Source: a virus | Length of the DNA stretch: 64,000 bases | Direction: 5' to 3' (one strand) | Virus record (IMG/VR): IMGVR_UViG_3300029319_000019 | Span: 16,340 to 80,339 of that record | Shown: one piece after another, positions 18,946-29,500 of the stretch | Position numbering within the stretch: position 1 is the stretch's first letter | Layout: each line of letters starts with the position of its first letter | Notes under the pieces: model-generated | What the model saw: only the letters and a program-made list of their open reading frames with translations | Database searches by the model: none | What the model was told of the DNA's origin: nothing | Made by a program: the position numbers and the translations under genes

Positions 18946-21344
18946 TGTACAATTATTATTGTTGTAAAGTTTACCTTATCTTTAGTAACCTTTAAATAGT
19001 TTATACCTTTTTCTAATTTTATTCTTCTTACATTTTTATAGAAAACATGATCCGTACCTAAGTTGTCTATTACTAATACATCTACCTCTTCTTTAAAGTT
19101 TATGTAATCTTTTGTTGGATTAGGATATGGTATAAGCGCTGATCTTTCATACATTGCAATGTCTGTCGGTCCTGACCAGCCATCTTCACAATATGCGTAT
19201 AATGCGTCACATGTGCCATCCCATGTATCATCACAGCAATAAGGATCTACCTGTATTACCCACTCAAAACAAGCGTTAGGAATATAATATACATCACCAG
19301 AGTTACACCCAGCACTATAATAACACGAACTGTCTGCCACGTTAGCAAGCGGATTGTAATTAATAGCGGTCGCATCAGTGCAGCCAGACAAAGGATAAAT
19401 ACAGCTACCATTATCAGTATTTGCATTATCATCGTAATTAAGTGCTGTGCTGTCGGTACATCCATAATAGTAAGGTATACAGTTTCCATTATCAGTATTA
19501 CAAGTATCGCAATAGTTCCACATAGTTGGATCAATACACCCAAATATTACAGGTATGCAAGATCCATCGTCAGTGTTAGCTAACGCATTATAATTAAAGG
19601 CTGCACCATCAGTACAGCCCCAGATAACGGGTATGCATGAACCATCATCTGTATTCGCTAATATGTCATAGTTAAAAGCTGTACTATCCGTACAACCTAG
19701 TACAACATCTATACATGTACCATCATCAGCATTTGCTAATGGGTTATAGTTTATTGCATCAACATCCATACATCCGTATACAAAAGGAGTACAAGATCCA
19801 TTGTCTGTATTAGCAAGAGGATCAAAATTAAACATTGTACTATCTGTACATCCATATATAAATGGTATGCAACTACCATTGTCTGTGTTTGCTAATGAGT
19901 TATAATTAAACATTGTATTATCTGTGCAACCAAAAATAATTGGAACACATGAGCCGTCATCTGTATTTGCTAACGGATTGTAGTTAAAGGCTGTGACGTC
20001 TAAACAACCTAAAACTACGGGCGTGCACGACCCATCATCCGTGTTTGCTAAGGAATCATAATTAAAAGCTGTTACATCTGTACAACCGTATATATAAGGA
20101 ATACAGCTACCATCGTCTACATTTGCATTAATATTGTAGTTTAACATTGTAGGATCAGTGCATCCTTCTACTACTTCTATACAAGAGCCTGCTATTTCTA
20201 CATTTGCAAGAGAGTCGTAATTTAACGCAGTACTGTCCATACACCCTATCACAACTAAAGTAGCACATGACCCATCATCATAATCATAAGAAGCGTCGTA
20301 TTCTAAATATATAGGATTAGTACATCCTGGATTATAGTAACAACTTCCATCGTCTGTATTTACTGTATCATTATAGTTTACAGCTAAGCTGTCTATACAT
20401 CCGTACGTTCTTTCTATACAAGTATTACCACAATATGGTTGTCCTATAATAGGAAAGAATGGTGGTATAGGATTAACAAAACCACCTTCTATGTCTATTG
20501 CATAATAATCTTCTGAGTATAAAGAATAGCCACATTGTACTGCAGTAAAGTCTGATTGTTGTGTTATTTCAAATATTGCTCTAACAGGATAACCTGCTGC
20601 TAAATTTATAAAGAACGTTGTATCAAAACCATCTACTAAAGTATAAGTTCCAATGTCTTGATAGTTGAATGGCGGTATTAAACTAGTTGCTTGTGCTAAC
20701 TTTAAACTAGATCCAGCCCAACCATTACCAGCTAAATCTGTTAATTCTAACTCATGCATACAGCTATCTATGTTTATATCTGTATTAGCTGAGTCTAAAT
20801 AATTATATGCTAATGAGTCTGTACAACCGTATATTCTTGGTGTAAAGCACATTCCCGTGTCTAATGTAGCTGCTATGTCAAACTCTACATAGCTACTATC
20901 CATACACCCAAATACTGGAGGGGGCGGAGGGCACCCTGACGTATATATTGTATCATACATAAAGCTACCAAAGTCAGCCATAGGCAGCTCCCAAATAGTG
21001 TCGCCACATTGTTCTATATATACAGAACCATCATTACCACCCCATAAACTACCTGCTATACCATCACCGTATGTATCATTGATAACAAAATAAAAACTAT
21101 CAATAGGTGCACAAGCTGCAGCATATTGTGGTTCATAATCTATAATGTTTGTGTATGGCCCACCTTGCATTAGTGTATCACCAAAGAAAGTCATTATATA
21201 CCAAGACGTTTCTTCTGGATATTGATCAGGATTTATAGTAACATTTAAACTCCACGTACCTGGAGGGCATTGTCCAAATGTTGTAGCTACAGTAAATACT
21301 GTAACCATAATTAGTGCATATAATGTTTTTGTAAAATTATTCAT
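18942..21344 (-). CDS. Secreted Cys-repeat protein (about 16 GCxD...DDGSC repeats) with signal peptide and T9SS (Por) C-terminal sorting domain, 800 aa
   Basis: Sec signal ending TTFG|Q. C-terminus has YPNPTKDYINF...VIDNLG...KGINYLKV...TTIIIVQ, the type A CTD pattern. Confidence 0.8.
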   Translation of the reverse strand: MNNFTKTLYALIMVTVFTVATTFGQCPPGTWSLNVTINPDQYPEETSWYIMTFFGDTLMQGGPYTNIIDYEPQYAAACAPIDSFYFVINDTYGDGIAGSLWGGNDGSVYIEQCGDTIWELPMADFGSFMYDTIYTSGCPPPPPVFGCMDSSYVEFDIAATLDTGMCFTPRIYGCTDSLAYNYLDSANTDINIDSCMHELELTDLAGNGWAGSSLKLAQATSLIPPFNYQDIGTYTLVDGFDTTFFINLAAGYPVRAIFEITQQSDFTAVQCGYSLYSEDYYAIDIEGGFVNPIPPFFPIIGQPYCGNTCIERTYGCIDSLAVNYNDTVNTDDGSCYYNPGCTNPIYLEYDASYDYDDGSCATLVVIGCMDSTALNYDSLANVEIAGSCIEVVEGCTDPTMLNYNINANVDDGSCIPYIYGCTDVTAFNYDSLANTDDGSCTPVVLGCLDVTAFNYNPLANTDDGSCVPIIFGCTDNTMFNYNSLANTDNGSCIPFIYGCTDSTMFNFDPLANTDNGSCTPFVYGCMDVDAINYNPLANADDGTCIDVVLGCTDSTAFNYDILANTDDGSCIPVIWGCTDGAAFNYNALANTDDGSCIPVIFGCIDPTMWNYCDTCNTDNGNCIPYYYGCTDSTALNYDDNANTDNGSCIYPLSGCTDATAINYNPLANVADSSCYYSAGCNSGDVYYIPNACFEWVIQVDPYCCDDTWDGTCDALYAYCEDGWSGPTDIAMYERSALIPYPNPTKDYINFKEEVDVLVIDNLGTDHVFYKNVRRIKLEKGINYLKVTKDKVNFTTIIIVQ
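19323..20402 (-). repeat. Tandem array of about 14 coding repeats of ~78 nt (26 aa; GCTDxxAxNYxxxANxDDGSC)
   Basis: Counted directly in the translation of 18942..21344. Confidence 0.9.
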
Positions 21345-21351
21345 TATTATA

Positions 21352-22071
21352 TTATAAAGTTATTCCTACTCTGCTAGCTATATCTTCTCTAACTAGCGTA
21401 GCGTCTGAATCGCTAAGAACTTCGTTATATATAGCAACTTCGTATATTGTTCCATTAAAAGGGTTTGAACCTCCTGTGCCTTGAGAACCCAATACTTCAA
21501 GGTTAAAATCAGACCCAGTACTATTTGCTAAAGCAAAATTGTCAAGGTCAGCGTTTACTCCTATGGTTACAGTGTTATCACCTTCTTGTCTAAACATTAC
21601 TATAAACTTTTCTACTCCTCCATTTCCTTCAAAACTAAAGTCAGTAGAATGACTCACAATAAGGTCAAGTGAGTTATCAGCTCTTTTTGTCCTAAACTCA
21701 TTATCAGCAGTTTGATTTATTCTTATAAAGTCAGCAGCGTTAGAGCTAGATAAAAAAGTCATAGAAGTAGCACTGTCTGGCTCCATAGCAACAAACATAG
21801 TAAACGTAGATGTTGTTATTGTAGATGTTAAATCATAGTGGTCTCCATCATCATGATTAAAGTCAATACCACCATCTTCTACAGTTCCTTGCCTTGAAGA
21901 GGTTGATTGAGCTACGTGATTATCATTACCGCTAGAATCATCCCATTGAGCAGCAGTAACACCTTCTCCATTTTTAAGCCATAGTTGTAAACCGCTAATA
22001 TCAGATAAAGAAAACTCTGACAAAGGTCTATTACCACTAGATGATGTTGTATTTGATATTCCTAATCTCAT
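21352..22071 (-). CDS. LamG / concanavalin-A-like lectin-domain protein
   Basis: LQLWL...QWDDSSGNDNH..Q and FNGTIYEVAIYNEVLSD motifs. Confidence 0.75.
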   Translation of the reverse strand: MRLGISNTTSSSGNRPLSEFSLSDISGLQLWLKNGEGVTAAQWDDSSGNDNHVAQSTSSRQGTVEDGGIDFNHDDGDHYDLTSTITTSTFTMFVAMEPDSATSMTFLSSSNAADFIRINQTADNEFRTKRADNSLDLIVSHSTDFSFEGNGGVEKFIVMFRQEGDNTVTIGVNADLDNFALANSTGSDFNLEVLGSQGTGGSNPFNGTIYEVAIYNEVLSDSDATLVREDIASRVGITL

Positions 22072-22427
22072 TAAAATTTACTCATTATTAGTTCGTCTAT
22101 ATAGTTTTGCACCTCTTTTCTTGTTGCTTGCATAGCAAAACTAAGATCTGCTTGAAATCTTTTTACTTCTTCACCGTCATCAAATATTATAATAGTTGGT
22201 ACTACAGCTATTTGATATTTCTTTTGTAAATCATTATTGTCTATCATATATGATTCTTTATCACAATCTCCTAGTTTGTTAAACCACTCTACACTGTTTT
22301 GTTCATTCCAACTAGCATTAAATTGCATCGCGGTCACCTGAGCTGAGCACGTAACACAAACCAGCAATAATGGCAATACTAGCAAGTATGTCGCAAATGT
22401 TTTCCATATTAAATTTAGTTTTTTCAT
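22071..22427 (-). CDS. Exported thioredoxin-fold protein lacking CxxC
   Basis: Signal peptide ending CSA|Q. FNASWN occupies the F.A.WCxxC site. KYQIAVVPTIIIFDDGEEVKRF is the cis-Pro segment. Confidence 0.75.
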   Translation of the reverse strand: MKKLNLIWKTFATYLLVLPLLLVCVTCSAQVTAMQFNASWNEQNSVEWFNKLGDCDKESYMIDNNDLQKKYQIAVVPTIIIFDDGEEVKRFQADLSFAMQATRKEVQNYIDELIMSKF

Positions 22428-22703
22428 TTATCTTAATTCATCAATCTTATCTTCCATTCTAATCATTCGCTCTTCTAATTTTTTAACATCATCACGTGTT
22501 TCTATGATTGTATTACGAATGTTTATATCCTTCATATCAAATTCCATTTTTGATACTTCAGGTTTTGGAAGCTCTTTTGCTTCTGATATGTCAGCTTGTA
22601 ATGTAAACCACATACCAACAAGAGTAAAAATAAGTGCTGCAATACCTGCTAATGTTTTTATACTTATTTTAAAGCTAGTGTCTTCGTTTAATTCCTTTGC
22701 CAT
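22428..22703 (-). CDS. Single-TM membrane protein with C-terminal coiled coil
   Basis: Likely start MAKELNED at 22703. TM segment LAGIAALIFTLVGMWFTL, then heptads. Confidence 0.65.
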   Translation of the reverse strand: MAKELNEDTSFKISIKTLAGIAALIFTLVGMWFTLQADISEAKELPKPEVSKMEFDMKDINIRNTIIETRDDVKKLEERMIRMEDKIDELR

Positions 22704-22793
22704 TTTATTTTTTACATTTTGCAGAACAGTATCCGTAGCATACTTTTCCAAAAGTTAAAAATTTAATTATATTACATAGTGTCTTTTTCATAT

Positions 22794-23828
22794 CTAAAAT
22801 ATTATATAGTTTATACCTAATTTAAAATCGTACCACTCTTTGTTCCAGTACTTGTTATATTTACCTTCAATAAAGCATCCTAAATTTTTAGTAGCTTTTA
22901 ATCCAAATATTAAACCCCCTGAGTAATCATACCACTGTTCTCCATTATTGAAGTTGTGGTATGAGTATTGTCCGCCATCATCATAGTGATAAGGCATTAG
23001 GTTACCCCAGGAATGTAACCAAAAGTTTTTCTTGTAGTAGTAATAATCAAATCCTACTACTATTGAATATTGCCATTGATTAGCTAGTGCGTTTCTCTTT
23101 TTCTCTACATACTCTTCTAACACCTGTGGTATAACCACCTCATTCCAAACTTCTGCGCTAGTAGCAACAACATTTCCGTTAGGATCACTATACTCAGATT
23201 CATATACATCAACGCTATATCCTTGTTCAATAGCTAGCTGAGTGTAGTGTAAATTACCAGATTGCATTGTCCATTCTTCTAATGGATCATAACCGTATGG
23301 TTCAGCTAATCTAGTAACTCCTCCAAAATTAAACGATAACTTTTTGTTACCTCGTAATCTAAATCTTTGCGTTGCTTCATAGTATTCTATATCTGCAAAC
23401 CCATCTTTAATATACTCTACTTTTGTAAACCAAATAGGTCTTACATATCGTATAAAATGATGTTGATCTAAATACTCTATACCTTCTTGTCTTTTATATT
23501 CTATCTCAAATAGATACTCAAAGGGATTTCTTCCTACACTTGCTGCATCAGAAAAAGATGTTTCTGTACCATCTTTAAACGGTGATGTGCCTTCATATTG
23601 AAACCTTTGTATCTTACGTATGCCCATAGCTAATGAATAGTCATATGGGGTACGTATTGTATCATATACAAGACTACTACCATCTACAGAATATACTTCT
23701 CTATCTGATAGTGATGTGCCGCCATTTGCTGCTACATAGAATGTAGAAAACTTAAAAGCTTTTCTAAACTGTGCAGTTGCAGATAGTGACGCAAAAAGAA
23801 ATACTAATATAAGTACTCTCAATTTCAT
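22794..23828 (-). CDS. Putative outer-membrane beta-barrel protein, 344 aa
   Basis: Signal peptide ending ATA|Q. Alternating aromatic amphipathic strands. C-terminal beta-signal YDFKLGINYIIF ending in Phe. Confidence 0.75.
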   Translation of the reverse strand: MKLRVLILVFLFASLSATAQFRKAFKFSTFYVAANGGTSLSDREVYSVDGSSLVYDTIRTPYDYSLAMGIRKIQRFQYEGTSPFKDGTETSFSDAASVGRNPFEYLFEIEYKRQEGIEYLDQHHFIRYVRPIWFTKVEYIKDGFADIEYYEATQRFRLRGNKKLSFNFGGVTRLAEPYGYDPLEEWTMQSGNLHYTQLAIEQGYSVDVYESEYSDPNGNVVATSAEVWNEVVIPQVLEEYVEKKRNALANQWQYSIVVGFDYYYYKKNFWLHSWGNLMPYHYDDGGQYSYHNFNNGEQWYDYSGGLIFGLKATKNLGCFIEGKYNKYWNKEWYDFKLGINYIIF

Positions 23829-23831
23829 ATA

Positions 23832-24197
23832 CTATGCTTTACTAAACTGTGCGTATTCAAGTACACAAGCAGCAGTGTATGCCTCTGCTTGAACAGTTAG
23901 TCCACTGTACATAGGAACAAATGCAAACTCTCCTACATCTAGTCTTATAACTGCATTACCGCCAAGTTTAATTTGTAAAAAAGAAGCAGCATTGCTAGAT
24001 GAAATATTTTTTATGTATAAATAAGAAAAAGCACTATTACTAGCTAGCACGTCTTGTGCAGATCCAGTTGCTATTGATTTTCTTGATACATTTGTAGTAG
24101 GTTCTCCAACCACTAATACATCTGATACACTTAAATTTAAAACATCGCTTGTAGCAGTGCTACTATTTAACGTTAATTTTGTTGTTAATGTTGCCAT
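23832..24197 (-). CDS. Hypothetical beta-rich structural protein
   Basis: MATLTTKLTL...YLYIKN...L.VGEFAFVP pattern, in the tail region. Confidence 0.5.
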   Translation of the reverse strand: MATLTTKLTLNSSTATSDVLNLSVSDVLVVGEPTTNVSRKSIATGSAQDVLASNSAFSYLYIKNISSSNAASFLQIKLGGNAVIRLDVGEFAFVPMYSGLTVQAEAYTAACVLEYAQFSKA

Positions 24198-24222
24198 TTT
24201 ATTTTATGATTAATAATTAATA

Positions 24223-24531
24223 TTATGATCCTGCATTTACGGGCGTTACACCTGTTCTTGCATATGCTAAAACCTTACCACTATCTAATTCAATAGAAGT
24301 AAAGTTTCCATATATAGTCATACCTTTTGGTATTGAAATTGTTGCTGCTGCGTCTGTAATATTTGTTGTACACTCTGAAGTATCTATGACAGAGTCTTCT
24401 AATGCAGCTATTGCAAAGTATGGCCCAGTATGCTCAACCGTGTCGTCAATCATATGCACAACACCTGGAGCCATAGTTTCACTTAAATTTTTTACTAAGC
24501 TTAATAATAAGCTTTCTGATACTGTTGACAT
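24223..24531 (-). CDS. Hypothetical small structural protein
   Basis: IPKGMTIYGNFTSIELDSGKVLAY motif, in the tail region. Confidence 0.5.
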   Translation of the reverse strand: MSTVSESLLLSLVKNLSETMAPGVVHMIDDTVEHTGPYFAIAALEDSVIDTSECTTNITDAAATISIPKGMTIYGNFTSIELDSGKVLAYARTGVTPVNAGS

Positions 24532-24932
24532 TATTCTATAATTTTATCTATGTTAATAATTTGTTCTCCAGTAATATCTGCTGGTAAGCAGTCTTCTGGT
24601 ATACCATGCAATTCAATTTCAGTTTCTTCTAATAGTAGTTTGTCTACCTCAGCTAACTGTTCTTTACGAGCATCAACAAGTTCTTTATTCTCTTCCTCTA
24701 ATTTAGCTATCGCTTCATCATCTTTCTGATTCATAAGAACCTGCATTTTTTGTGATAGTCCTAAAAACTCGTCTGTAGGCTTACTAGCCTCTTCAATATC
24801 TTTAAGTTCTTCTTGTATTACTCTAATGTTCTTAGATACTAATAATCCAAACTTAACTCCTTTCAATTGTTGTACTGCTGTTAGTCCGTTAAATAATTCA
24901 ACAAACTCACCATTTTTCATTTTTACTTTCAT
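24531..24932 (-). CDS. Acidic helical protein, possible tail fibre chaperone (DUF1617-like)
   Basis: KF...SKN...I..E...  LL.EE.EIELH pattern. Directly downstream of a fibre gene. Confidence 0.5.
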   Translation of the reverse strand: MKVKMKNGEFVELFNGLTAVQQLKGVKFGLLVSKNIRVIQEELKDIEEASKPTDEFLGLSQKMQVLMNQKDDEAIAKLEEENKELVDARKEQLAEVDKLLLEETEIELHGIPEDCLPADITGEQIINIDKIIE

Positions 24933-24959
24933 TTTGTCTATATAATTAATTGGTTAATA

Positions 24960-26483
24960 TTAAGCGATTCTGTACATAGTTACTGCACTAGAACCAGTTC
25001 TTCTTATTCTGAATCTGCCAACACCTGCGTATCCTGCATCGTCAGCGTCATCTTGTGATTTTACTTTCATGTTACCTACAAGTGTTACACCGGTTCCTCC
25101 AGTAAGAGTAATATCAGATGTACCGTCTGTAGCTAAACTAATTAAACTAAAGTCAAAACTATCATTATCTGCTGTTAAAGACAGTCCTGATATTAAATTA
25201 GATGCTGTATCTGTAGCTTTACTTCTATCAGCTGTAGGTGTACATTTTATAATACCTGTCAAAATATTAGCTGCAGATAATGCTGTAGTGCCATCATCTG
25301 TAGTAGCTTCAGCTCCTTGGTATTGTATAAATGCTGCCGTACTAGACGCTCTTGCATAAATAGGTTTTGCTTTTACAAATAAATTACCTGTTTCTACTGA
25401 TACATCTTGACTAGTATCTATAGTTACTGCTGTAGTTATTGATCCTCCGCTTGTATATGTTCTTAGTAATACATTACCTGCATCTCCTGATGCTGCATCT
25501 CCTCCAGATAGTGCTACATCACCTCCATTACCAGATCCTGTAGCAGTACCTGCTGAAAGTCTTAAATCACCACCATCCATATTTCCACCACCTGCAGTAG
25601 CTGCGTTTATAGCTAAAGTTGCGCCAGCAGTTCCAGACGCTGATGTTGTAGTTTGAATAGTGTATATAGATTGATATGCAGCAGTATTACCTATTGTAAT
25701 CGCTGTAGCTGTACTACCTTGTATATTTAATTGACCTGTAGCTTCACCTGTAGTTAAAGTTGATCCAGAATCATTAAGTATTGTTTTACCATTAGTATGT
25801 ACATATATACCTCTATCAGATCCATCATCACTAATATAGTTAGTATTCAAGTCAATGTTATAACTACCTGTATCCAGGTTAGCTGCTAGACTTGATAAAC
25901 TAGCTGCAAGTGTAATTGTACCTGCACCATTAGTAACAGTCATATTAGCTCCAGCTGTAAGAGTTGCTACTGATGGATAACCGTTAGTTGCATTACCTAT
26001 AAGCAGTTGTCCATTTGTAGACATTGCGTCTGTAGCTGCTATTACATTATCTGCACTAGCGTATAATAACTGACCTTTAGATATTGTAGATAATCCTGTA
26101 CCTCCATTTGTAACTCCACATTCTCCTGTAACTGTACCTGAAAAATCCATTCCAGATAAAAACCCTGCTGTTGTATTGTTACACAAGCTAAGATCTATAC
26201 CTGCTTCTAATACTGTTAATACTATATTATTTGAACTAGTTGCTACTGTTAACAAACCTGTGTCTCCAGAAGCAATACCCTTAAATACTATCTGATTTTT
26301 ATTTGTTAGTGTTGCACTAGTATATATTGTTTCTGAACTTGTCCCTGCTGTAGAAACTGCTGGAAACAACGTTTGTAGTTGTAACTTTTTAGCAGCTTTT
26401 GTACTAGAGTTAGCTACTAATAAAAATTCATTAGCATCTACGTTAGTTTTTGAAAGGGTACTTAATGATGTTATTTCTGCCAT
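24960..26483 (-). CDS. Tail fibre protein, 507 aa
   Basis: Gly/Thr/Ala-rich. V.NGGTG and NGQLLIG..G.P..ATLTAG fibre motifs, plus GGD..L.AG..G.GG repeats. Confidence 0.8.
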   Translation of the reverse strand: MAEITSLSTLSKTNVDANEFLLVANSSTKAAKKLQLQTLFPAVSTAGTSSETIYTSATLTNKNQIVFKGIASGDTGLLTVATSSNNIVLTVLEAGIDLSLCNNTTAGFLSGMDFSGTVTGECGVTNGGTGLSTISKGQLLYASADNVIAATDAMSTNGQLLIGNATNGYPSVATLTAGANMTVTNGAGTITLAASLSSLAANLDTGSYNIDLNTNYISDDGSDRGIYVHTNGKTILNDSGSTLTTGEATGQLNIQGSTATAITIGNTAAYQSIYTIQTTTSASGTAGATLAINAATAGGGNMDGGDLRLSAGTATGSGNGGDVALSGGDAASGDAGNVLLRTYTSGGSITTAVTIDTSQDVSVETGNLFVKAKPIYARASSTAAFIQYQGAEATTDDGTTALSAANILTGIIKCTPTADRSKATDTASNLISGLSLTADNDSFDFSLISLATDGTSDITLTGGTGVTLVGNMKVKSQDDADDAGYAGVGRFRIRRTGSSAVTMYRIA

Positions 26484-26500
26484 TTTATTTTATTGTTATG

Positions 26501-29500
26501 TTAGTTTAAATCTTCAAAACTGCTTTCGCCTGTTTCTTCTGTCTCATCCGCTCCTAGCGATCCTCCTAATTCTGTAACATCAGAAACATCATCAAAAGTA
26601 GAATCATTCACTGTTACAATAGTGCCACCAATATTAAAGGTTCCTGTAACTTCAGTATTTGAGTCACCCGTTTCTCTATATGCTGGTATGCCGCAGTCCT
26701 TACAATACTCTTTAGCAAAGCTAAGAAAATTTGATAAATAATTTTCAGTCTCATTTTGTATTTGGAAAGTTATACATTTTCTCCAACCGCTTGCTGGGTC
26801 ATTAGAAAAAGGATCTATATGCAAACCTGTATTAGATATTGCTACATATATTACTCCAGCTAGTCCAAGTGGATTTGGAACAAATGCTCTTCTTACATAT
26901 GTACCTAATGCATATGAGCCTACATTAGCAGGGTTCCAAAATTGAGAACCAGAGTTATTCCACTTATCAACACAATTTACTTGCGCTCCTGCTAAACTAG
27001 GTGTTGCTGGATCTGTGCAATTGTATATACAAGGTAATCCTTGTCTAGACATTAAGTCTTGTATAATAACCATCTTCCATGTTTCCATGTTAGAGCAGTT
27101 GTTTCCTAGTCCTGTTATATGTTTAGTGTAAAATCTATGTCCAGATCTCGCAATACACTCAGCATTATAATCTAATAAATTAGCAATACCTCTTGGAGTA
27201 CATGCTGGAATAGTTGTATCTACATCATCACAATCTTCCAAACATCCATTATATTCATATTCACAAGGACATGTAGCATCTGTATAATTTGCAGCTGGAT
27301 TATAGTTAACAGCATTTTCATCCATACACCCACATATTGAATTATCAGGACAACATGTAAGACTAAATGTTCCATCAAGACATGGGCACCCTCCTGGAGG
27401 TGGTGGATCATTAAACTCACAACACCCGTCATCTACATTTGCTAGAGGCACAGATGCACCAGCGCAGTTTACAAGATAGTTAAGTGCACTAGGATCTAAA
27501 CACCCATGAATAATATTAGTACCATTTCCATTATCGCAATCTTCTATCGCTAGTGTTACCATACCTACAAGGTGGGCGCAGGAACTGGTCAGTGCAACGT
27601 CGCCGTCAGCATCAGTGTCATATGGAAGTTCTGCATTGCCGTTAGCATTGATAAAAGCATCATCGAAGAATGCTACCGCAAACTGATATGCTCCACCAGG
27701 AAGATCAGTAATATTTATTGTTTCATTAGCTGTAAGAGTATCAACTTCAAAAGAAGACAGAGAATCTACGTCCAATATAGGATCACCACTAGTCACTGGA
27801 CCTGTAAACCAACTTCCATAAGTAATATCAACAGTCGTATGCTGTAAAACCCAAACATACCCAACACCAGCTGTGTTAGTTATATTCGCTAATAAATTTG
27901 TTGCATCTGGCAAGTTAACAGTCACAGAACCTGTAGAATTGTCATCACACAATCCTGTAGTTTCATTATAAGTTGATGTAGAATCTACTACATTACTAAA
28001 TTGTACACCTCCAGATGCATTTGCTGTTGCTTCATATTCTTCTAGTTCACAACAGTCAGTATCCAACCCTCCATTATTTTGCAAATAACCTTCGCACGCT
28101 GCTTGTGTAGGAAAGCCAAGACCAGCTGTACCTATTTCACTTACACATGTACCACATCTGTCTGGTACCCAAGTTACATTATTTCCATATAGACATGAGC
28201 CATCGTCAATAGTTGCCAGTGGATTAAAATTAGTCGCTGTTGGATCAGTGCAACCTAAAACATCTTCGGTAGGGTCTGTATCATAAACACAACTTCCATC
28301 ATCTATTACTGCATTTGGATCAAAATTAATTGCTGCTGGATCTGTACATCCAGATGTAGAAATAACAGGACAACAAGCTTCTATTGTAGATATTTGTGCT
28401 GGAGTAAATGGTACGAATACATCAACAGTTTCTTCCCAAACATTATTTGTTCCATAGTTATATGAAAAATTCACGCCTGTAGGAGCACCATGATTTTGTA
28501 TTAAAGAGCAAAGTTGAGTACTTGAACTTGTAAGATTTGCAGAATTCACAACTTTGTGAACGGCCTGGAAGGTAAATGTAGTTATGACGGTACCATCACC
28601 CATAACTAGATTAGTGTTTATGTGAAGTAAATCTAGAACGTGACCATTTCCATTACCACCTATTTGTATAGGATCACCATTTGTATTTAAAGTAGTAAAT
28701 TGAAGTGCATTACCGCTAAAGAAAGTATTTCCAATACCTATTACTTCATTTGGATTAAATGACGGATAGCACAGATAATTATTAACTAAATACTGTGCAT
28801 ATACCCAAGTATTAGATCCAGAAGCAAAATTCAGAAACTGGCCAGCAGTAGGACCATTGCTAATAATAAAACCACCAGCATTTAAAACATCAATTATGTC
28901 AGGATTTGATATACCTAAAGGTACAGTGCTAATTCTAGGAAAGTCTCCAAGTGTAGGATGAGTTTCACAAGTTACCTCTACCTCAAAATTTAAATCATTA
29001 CAACCATCAAAGTCAGGATCTATTGGTAAACATGAACCATCATCAAAAGTAGCAACTGGGTTAAAATTTGGAGAGCTTGGATTTGTACATCCTCCCTGTC
29101 CCACTGAATACTCTCCAAAAATAGTATAACACTGTTCTACTTCATCATCACCATCGTGAGTTCCATCATTATCATAAACAGCCGCTATAAAATATCTTCC
29201 ATCTTCTAAACCTGTAAATGTATGCGCACCCCCAGTTCCTGAAACTGTTGTAATTAATGTTGAATCTTGAGTTAGATAAGTAAGGCCGTCTGCTCCACCT
29301 TGTATAAATAGCTGCGCAAGTTGCACAGTTACCTGAGTAATGTTAATCTTATATAACTTATAATCAATTGGAGCAGCCTGATTACTAGTAGTAAATTCTG
29401 AAGCAGGGTTAAAAATTAAAGGAGTTGGTCCAGGAAGAACAGTATAAGGCGATGCAAAATTAACTCCTGCAAACGAAATAGTACCATCAGAAAGACTTGC

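Noticed and set aside
19323-20402. CRISPR array or DGR template/variable repeats
   Set aside because: The repeats are degenerate in-frame coding repeats without spacers. No reverse transcriptase or cas gene is present in the window.
22428-22703. Canonical i-spanin/o-spanin pair
   Set aside because: The TM coiled-coil protein could resemble an i-spanin, but no nested or adjacent lipoprotein gene was found; neighbours have SPI-type signals.
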